From the NCBI GenBank assembly GCA_030704615.1, contig JAKLZA010000057.1:1-14000 (forward strand): DNA of 14,000 nt. The letters are read 5' to 3'. Of this stretch, positions 8,901-14,000 are shown piece by piece. Made by a program: the position numbers and the translations under genes. Under the pieces are notes generated by a model. It did no database searches. It worked only from the letters and a program-made list of their open reading frames with translations, and was not told the origin of the DNA. Within the stretch, counting starts at the first letter, position 1, and each line of letters begins with the position of its first letter. The DNA is from Takakia lepidozioides. Taxonomy: Eukaryota > Plantae > Bryophyta.

Positions 8901-11849
8901 CCGAAAATGGCTAAGTCCCTGGACGGCAATAGGGCCTAGAACTGGAAAACGGCGCCGAATTTCCAGTTCCGGCCAGCCACACTAGGGACTTAGCCCGAAA
9001 ATGGCTAAGTCCCTGAACGGCAATAGGGCCTGGAACTGGAAAATGGCGCCGAATTTCCAGTTCCGGGCCAGCCAGTCTAGGGACTTTGCCATTTTCGGAG
9101 CCCTGACTGGAAATTCGGCGCCATTTTCCCTAACACCACTTAGGCCTCTAACATCCTGAAATGCCAGGACTTGAAAGAAAGGCAGCGCGTATGTACCTGT
9201 ACAGAAGGCGCATTGCTGCTTTGTCCGCGTTCGGCTGGTCGGTGAACTCGTGGCTCCGGCGAGCATCTGCTATCTCCCGAAAGAATAGGTTGGTTTTGTA
9301 GAGCAGAAAGTACCTCGTCACATAGTCACGTAGGCTCTCTGCTGCAGGAGATATCTCCATCTTGAACTGATGTGCTTGTGTGTCCAGCTGCTCTTGCGCA
9401 TTCGTCGTCACCTGTGGAGATTGTCCATCAGATCGCTTTCCTCAAAAAATACAATGAATCCACCCCCTACTAGAGTACAAGCCCCAAACGAAGCGTGGGA
9501 AGTACCTGAAACCACCATGTCATGCGGTTCATCCACATGTCGAATGTGGGGTCAGAGAGTTTGTCCGGTTGGGGAAGCTCCACATGTCCCTGGTACTTTG
9601 GGAACCATTCCAGATTTGGAGCCACCGGGTCTGTCCAACCACCCAGCATATTCGTAAGCGCCAAACACCACAAAAGGAGTTGTTGCCACCACAATTTGGT
9701 TAAGAATGTATCACCTTTCTGTTGCATCCACACAGGATGTGGCTAGACGATGGAGCTTCTCCAATGTCATCGTGGGCTTCAGAGCGCGAGAGTAGTGCTT
9801 TCCCACCTCCACCAGAAAGTCGGCACCAAGGGCGGGATCAGCTATGGCCACGTACTTTACCATCCGCGACTTGTACTTTATGCGGGCCCTCACCTCCGCA
9901 GCTTTGACATACGATTCGAGTTCCGGGAGGGTTGGATTCTTCTCCTCTGACTCCATGTAGAACCTCCGCGCATGTGCCAAATCCTGCTGTATTTTCGTCT
10001 GTCGAAAAGCAGCACATAAGATTAGAGATCCTGCTCAACACAATTTCTTCTATTGGGGGAGGAGAGACAAATTAGCTCAACAAAACTGCAGGAGCTTTAC
10101 CCGAAATATGTAGTCCACCATGGCGTCGACGCTCAGCCTATACCAGGTTCTGTCTGCCTTTGCCTCCGACTTGCGCAGGAGGTCGGCACTGAGGGAATTG
10201 GCAAACTCTTGCACCCCCTGCTTCCCGACATCCTTCACTCGGAAGAGCATATGGGACAAGTTGGTGGCAATGAAGGCATTCTCAGTCACCCTGCAGTGCC
10301 ACATTTCCATCAAACAATACTGAAATGGGAATTTTCATCATATATGAGGATTCGCAATGAAATGACTTCCAAATTCAAAGTCCAAAAGCGAGAGGGGTTG
10401 TAGCTTACGAGTTGATGTCGGCCATTGCAGCTTTGAGAAGACTGCGATCTTTGGGCCCCGCAACCTTCAGCACAACACAATCGACGGCGAAATGCCAATC
10501 GAGATCGTTGGGGTGGGCTTGGGCAATGTGCTCCATCCATGCCAGGAGGCGATGATTGCCGTCCCACACGTAGAACATCTTACCGGACATGTGCTGGAAA
10601 AGAGGATCACTAGCAATCGATCTCTCGAACTCCTCATTTCGCGTTTGCCAATGGGGACCCCATTTGTCCACCTCATCGGAAGTGTGGGCACGGGAAGCTC
10701 CGTGGTCGTTCTCAATGGAAACGTAAAAGGCGGCAGACCCCATTCGATATCCATCCCGGAAAGAGAATTTCAGCTTGTCGATATCGCCTGGAGGGCAGGT
10801 CTCACCACCTGCAATGACACCAAGCGGCAAAGGGGAATTCGAAGCTTGGCCGGGTACACCATGCCCCCCAGCACCCTGCCAATGTTGCTGTGGGTTGCCT
10901 CCAACATCTTGGCAGCGGCCAACTTCATATCCGCCTCAGACATGACGTTTGCTGCAGAGGGGTTTTCCGGCAGCCCACCCAAGACCGCCAAATCCAGCCT
11001 GTATGCTCCGGGTTTGGGGCCTGGGGATGTCCGGGAGAATGTCATCCTGGTCAGAAACATCCATGTCGTCCTCCTCAACAGGGTCAGCCACCTGCGAAAC
11101 CACCTCCAGCACTCTCGTCGTCTCTACTGCCCTCTCCTGGCTTCACCTCGAACTTGCACAATCGGTGCTCTTTCAGGTGTTCTTTCCTCCCACCATACCA
11201 TCTCACCGTATGGGTAATGCGGGGGCTGCACTTGCCCGCGATGGTCTAACCGGTGTGCTACTGCCTCTCTGTGGTGTCTTGTAGGGATCCACCGTCTCTG
11301 TGTGTCCCTCGCTTACATTGGCATCTGTCATTTGGGCACCCCTGGTCTCTTCAGCTGCCTTTTGTCTTTCCTCCTTGCTAGCATTCTGTCTCGTCTGTTC
11401 TTTTGCCCTCTCTTTTGCCCTCTCACGGGCTTTCTGTTTCTTACTAGGGCTAGCAACAGGGGAGCCCTCCAGGACGACCACCTTTGATTGAGGCGAACTG
11501 ACACCCTCGCGCGCACTGCTCACTCCCCCTCCGCAGCCCGTGACTGCTCTCTCGCCGGGGATTGCATGTGCTTAGCTTTCTTCTTTTTCTTTGCGTGGGC
11601 GGGCCCTACTGCATGTGCATGAACAACCTCCATTGCCGGATCTGCTGTCCTCATGTCCTCACGCCCTTCACCTGCCATGCCGCCTGCACCAACCTCCCCA
11701 ATGCCTACTCTATCGTAATGTCGTTGCAAGTCCTCCCGTCCACCAACAAAAGATTTAAGTTTGCCCTCTCGCCCCAAGTTGGGCGATTCAAACATGCGAT
11801 GAGTTGGAGCTGTCGATGATACCACCAGCGTGCCGGGCTCGTCGTCACT
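5949..11849 (-). CDS. Multi-exon gene for a large ParB/Srx-like domain + beta-class amino-DNA-methyltransferase-like fusion protein; several 1-bp frameshifts (assembly errors or young pseudogene)
   Basis: Manual splicing joins the track ORFs through phase-consistent GT-AG introns at 10408-10291, 10100-9984, 9505-9412, 9196-8302, 7175-7088 (alternative acceptor 7124) and 6822-6739. A less certain intron lies at 6522-6409. Order: low-complexity K/E-rich N-terminus, ParB-like domain, helical region, Lys-rich linker, MTase domain, acidic tail ending at TAG 5951-5949. Frame breaks are near 11525, 11222, 11120-11140, 11020, 10788, 9715 and possibly 6345/6580, mostly at base runs. Confidence 0.8.
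6660..7450 (-). other. Beta-class N4-cytosine/N6-adenine DNA methyltransferase-like domain (N6_N4_Mtase, PF01555-like)
   Basis: Motif IV region CDMILLDIPDG (DIPD at 7433-7422, compare DLIxxDPPY), then LLDDGGCVVVL (compare LKPGG). The spliced C-terminal block RSPAFIQTLMETCSDVQGRILDLTCGTG|ASMWAGTLSDRHVFAFEPD parallels KPxxLxxxLIxxxSxxGDxVLDPFxGSGTTxxAAxxLGRxxIGxE. Catalytic motif before SAM-binding motif is the beta permutation. Confidence 0.8.
8330..9130. repeat. Intronic tandem array of eight ~95-bp palindromic units
   Basis: AAAATGGCTAAGTCC recurs at 8334, 8429, 8523, 8618, 8713, 8808, 8904, 8998. Each unit folds as CTAAGTCCCT..GGCCT(A/G)GAACTGGAA..GGCGCC..TTCCA(G/C)TTC(C/A)GGGCC..AGGGACTTAG. 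An inverted partial unit caps it at 9081-9130. Lies wholly inside intron 9196-8302. Confidence 0.95.
10409..10850 (-). other. ParB/Sulfiredoxin-like domain of the fusion gene
   Basis: Reads KLRIPLCRLVSLQVVRPALQ/(1-bp frameshift ~10788)/GDIDKLKFSFRDGY...FYVS...KMFYVWDGNHRLLAWMEHI. DGNHR at 10563-10549 matches the ParB/Srx (D)G(H/E/N)(H/R)R signature, preceded by the usual 'IP...R....I..L..S' segment. Confidence 0.8.
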
Positions 11850-12196
11850 CTGTCATTGACAAAAATCGTGAACACCAACAGTGGTGCAAAAAGCAGCAGC
11901 GCAACCACCATAGCAGCAATCATGTAGCAAAAATGAAAACATAACAAGTTTAGGAAGTATGGAGAGCCATGCAACAACAATGAAAACAAATGCAACCATT
12001 GCCTAAGAATGACATGCACAAGCAGCCTTCTCCAGAGCTGCCGGATTTGCACACGCATTGCAAACAATCTAAGGTTCATCAACTATCTAAAGTTCACTCA
12101 TAAAGCAAAGCCAGGATGAAGATGCAGAAACAAAGCGAGGTAACGAAGCGAAAGCAAAAAGAAATCGAAACAAACCGAAAGCAGAAGTGGCTTGCC

Positions 12197-12560
12197 TGAG
12201 AGTACTCGGCTTCAGTTGGCGCAGGTTGTGAGCAAAGACACTGGAATCTCCTGCTGGAGCTTCAGTTTGGCCATGCGAGAGATTGGCCGTCGTCCGTAGT
12301 ACAGAGCTTTCAACTTCCGCCGCGGTCTGGATCTGAGGTCTCTCTCAGGAGAGCCACGCCCTTCAGGCGGCATAAGTCCCAGCCAAAAAGATCTCCTTTT
12401 TTGGGGTACATGCCTGGAATACCATGTTAAGCCAAGTAATAGCATGAGATTGAGTGGTACGTGTCCAGGAAGCCATGCCGTCGCCAGCCCGAATAATAAC
12501 CGACGGCCGTCGACATTTATTGCCCAACTGCGCAATTAAATGTCGGATGAAGCCCTCCAT
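12197..12560 (-). CDS. Possible first exon of the ParB-MTase gene (frameshifted)
   Basis: ATG at 12560 (MEGFIRHLIAQLGNKC...), coding-like composition, possible GC donor (CAG|GCAAG ~12196), pyrimidine-rich intron-like stretch, and acceptor GACAG| before 11849 in frame with SDDEPGTLVVSSTAP. Needs frameshift corrections. Confidence 0.3.
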
Positions 12561-12590
12561 GTCGGAAGAAAATCGACGAAAACAGTCCGG

Positions 12591-13350
12591 AATTTCCCTC
12601 ACGCAGGTAATTCGGAAGCGCGCGGATGGAAATCCGCGCCGAATTCCATCCGCGCAGGAGGGCGGTTCGCCAAATTTCCTTCAAGCAGGTAATTCGGATG
12701 CGCGCGATGGAAATCCCGGCGCCGAATTTCCATCCGCGCAGGTAGGAATGCGCGCGGTGCGCCAAATTTCCTTCAAGCAGGTAATTCGGATGCGCGCGGA
12801 TGGAAATCCGGCGCCGAATTTCCATCCGCGCAGGTAGGCGCGGTGCGCCAAATTTCCTTCCAGCAGGTAATTCGGATGCGCGGGATGGAAATCCGGCGCC
12901 GAATTTCCATCCGCGCAGGTAGGGCGGTGCGCCAAATTTCCTTCAAGCAGGTAATTCGGATGCGCGCGGATGGAAATCCGGCGCCGAATTTCCATCCGCG
13001 CAGGTAGGGCGGTGCGCCAAATTTCCTTCAAGCAGGTAATTCGGATGCGCGCGGATGGAAATCCGGCGCCGAATTTCCATCCGCGCAGGTAGGGCGGTGC
13101 GCCAATTTCCTTCAAGCAGGTAATTCGGATGCGCGCGGATGGAAATCCGGCGCCGAATTTCCATCCGCGCAGGTAGGCGCGGTGCGCCAAATTTCCTTCA
13201 AGCAGGTAATTCCGGATGCGCGCGGATGGAAATCCGGCGCCGAATTTCCATCCGCGCAGGTAGGGCGGTGCGCCAAATTTCCTTCAAGCAGGTAATTCGG
13301 ATGCGCGCGGATGGAAACGCGGCGCCGAATTTCCATCCGCGCAGGTAGGG
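12591..13350. repeat. Tandem array of nine ~85-bp units, each with a ~38-bp near-perfect palindrome
   Basis: Consensus AAATTTCCTTCAAGCAGGTAATTCGGATGCGCGCGGATGGAAATCCGGCGCCGAATTTCCATCCGCGCAGGTAGGGCGGTGCGCC. Unit starts near 12591, 12673, 12765, 12851, 12935, 13020, 13104, 13190, 13276. Confidence 0.95.
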
Positions 13351-13374
13351 GCTCCGATCCGCGCGCGCGGGCGA

Positions 13375-13684
13375 GGTAATTCGCGGTCGCCAAATTTCCA
13401 TCCGAGCAGGTAATTCGGCGCCGAAATTTCCATCCTGCAGGTAATTCGAATCGTGGATGAATGGAAATTCCGGCGCCGAATTCTCTCCAGCAGGTAAGGT
13501 CGGATCGTGCCATATATATGGATATTCGGCGCCGAATTTCCATCCTGCAGGTAATTCGAATCGTGGATGAACGAAATTCGGCGCCGAATTTCCATCCAGC
13601 AGGTAAGTCGGATCGTGCCATATGGATATTCGGCGCCGAATTTCCATCCTGCAGGTAATTCGAATCGTGGATGAACGGAAATTC
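13375..13684. repeat. Variant repeat block related to the 85-bp array (about three ~105-bp units)
   Basis: Repeated TTCGGCGCCGAATTTCCATCCTGCAGGTAATTCGAATCGTGGATGAA and CAGCAGGTAAG(G)TCGGATCGTGCCATAT(AT)ATGGATA. Confidence 0.85.
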
Positions 13685-13993
13685 TCGCCATTTATTTCTG
13701 AGCGAGGAATTACCTTCGTGCAGGTAATTCCCATAATAAGAATTACCTTCGTGCAGGTAATTCGCATACAAGAATTACCTTCGTGCAGGTAATTTCCAGA
13801 TGAAAATTACCTTTGTGCAGGTAATTCTGGACGAGGAATAAACTCGATTGGAATTACCTGCATGGAAGGTAATTGTCATCTGGAATTACCTGCACGAAGG
13901 TAATTCCTTGTATGCGAATTACCTGCACGAAGGTAATTCTTATATGGAAATTACGCTGCAGGAAGGTATTCTCGCTCAGAAATAAATGGTGAG
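13684..13993. repeat. Large imperfect inverted repeat (~143-bp arms, ~24-bp centre) with 4+4 copies of the 22-bp dyad AATTACCT-TCGTGC-AGGTAATT
   Basis: Forward copies at 13708, 13741, 13773, 13805; reverse copies at 13852, 13884, 13917, 13949 (last degenerate). The ~10-bp linkers are mirrored too (CGCATACAAG / CTTGTATGCG). Outer arms CCATTTATTTCTGAGCGAG / CTCGCTCAGAAATAAATGG. Confidence 0.95.
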
Positions 13994-14000
13994 TGGAAAT

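Larger units (their letters stand above)
5711..14000. mobile_element. Putative large mobile element ('element B') carrying the ParB-MTase gene; one terminus at 5711, other end beyond the window
   Basis: Terminus-like GGGGGGGCTGCTATTTCATGAGC followed by CATGAG(CGG) and CGGAAATAGG repeats, 238 bp past the gene's stop. It abruptly truncates a paralogous reading frame at 5710. Confidence 0.6.

Noticed and set aside
8302-9196. ORFs 8602-8790, 8621-8803, 8982-9266 and the first ~30 aa of ORF 7128-8396
   Set aside because: They derive from the intronic 95-bp array; a phase-matched GT-AG intron removes this region.
5851-11819. Plus-strand ORFs such as 5851-6291, 7164-7688, 7839-8327, 10492-11217
   Set aside because: Antisense shadows of the minus-strand gene with no recognisable motifs.
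5949-11849. Bacterial or phage contamination as the source of ParB and MTase motifs
   Set aside because: The gene has at least six phase-consistent spliceosomal introns, one splitting the SAM-binding motif, and adjoins plant-type transposon remnants.
12454-13771. Multiple track ORFs (MEIRRRISIRAHPNYLLEG... etc.)
   Set aside because: They are translations of the 85-bp array; the period is not a multiple of three and the same peptides cycle through all frames.
13708-13970. CRISPR-like array of 22-bp repeats with different spacers
   Set aside because: Spacers are only ~10 bp and are mirrored across the palindrome, repeat orientation flips midway, there are no cas genes, and the context is eukaryotic.

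Overview
Eukaryotic, intron-containing, transposon-rich DNA, most likely from a non-seed land plant (inference from GT-AG introns of about 85-120 bp, a plant-type Myb/SANT-NAM-associated pseudogene and CG/CHG-type decay). Left part (1-5100): decayed sequence with a SWIM zinc-finger pseudogene, a degenerate ~60-bp minisatellite and a PIF/Harbinger-type Myb/SANT pseudogene. Right part (5711-14000): an apparently younger element carrying one long multi-exon minus-strand gene that joins a ParB/Srx-like domain (FYVWDGNHRLLAW) to a beta-class N4C/N6A DNA methyltransferase-like domain (DIPD catalytic-position motif, then ILDLTCGTG). This gene is accompanied by two GGCGCC-centred palindromic tandem arrays (95-bp units in an intron, 85-bp units upstream) and a ~310-bp fold-back holding eight copies of a 22-bp dyad site. 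The putative terminus of this element (GGGGGGGCTGCTATTTCATGAGC, 5711) cuts off the last exon of a paralogous gene from a related element whose similar terminus is at 5109. This suggests a family of nested ParB-methyltransferase mobile elements. No transposase for that family is visible in the window. All domain calls are from motif recognition by eye, not database searches.
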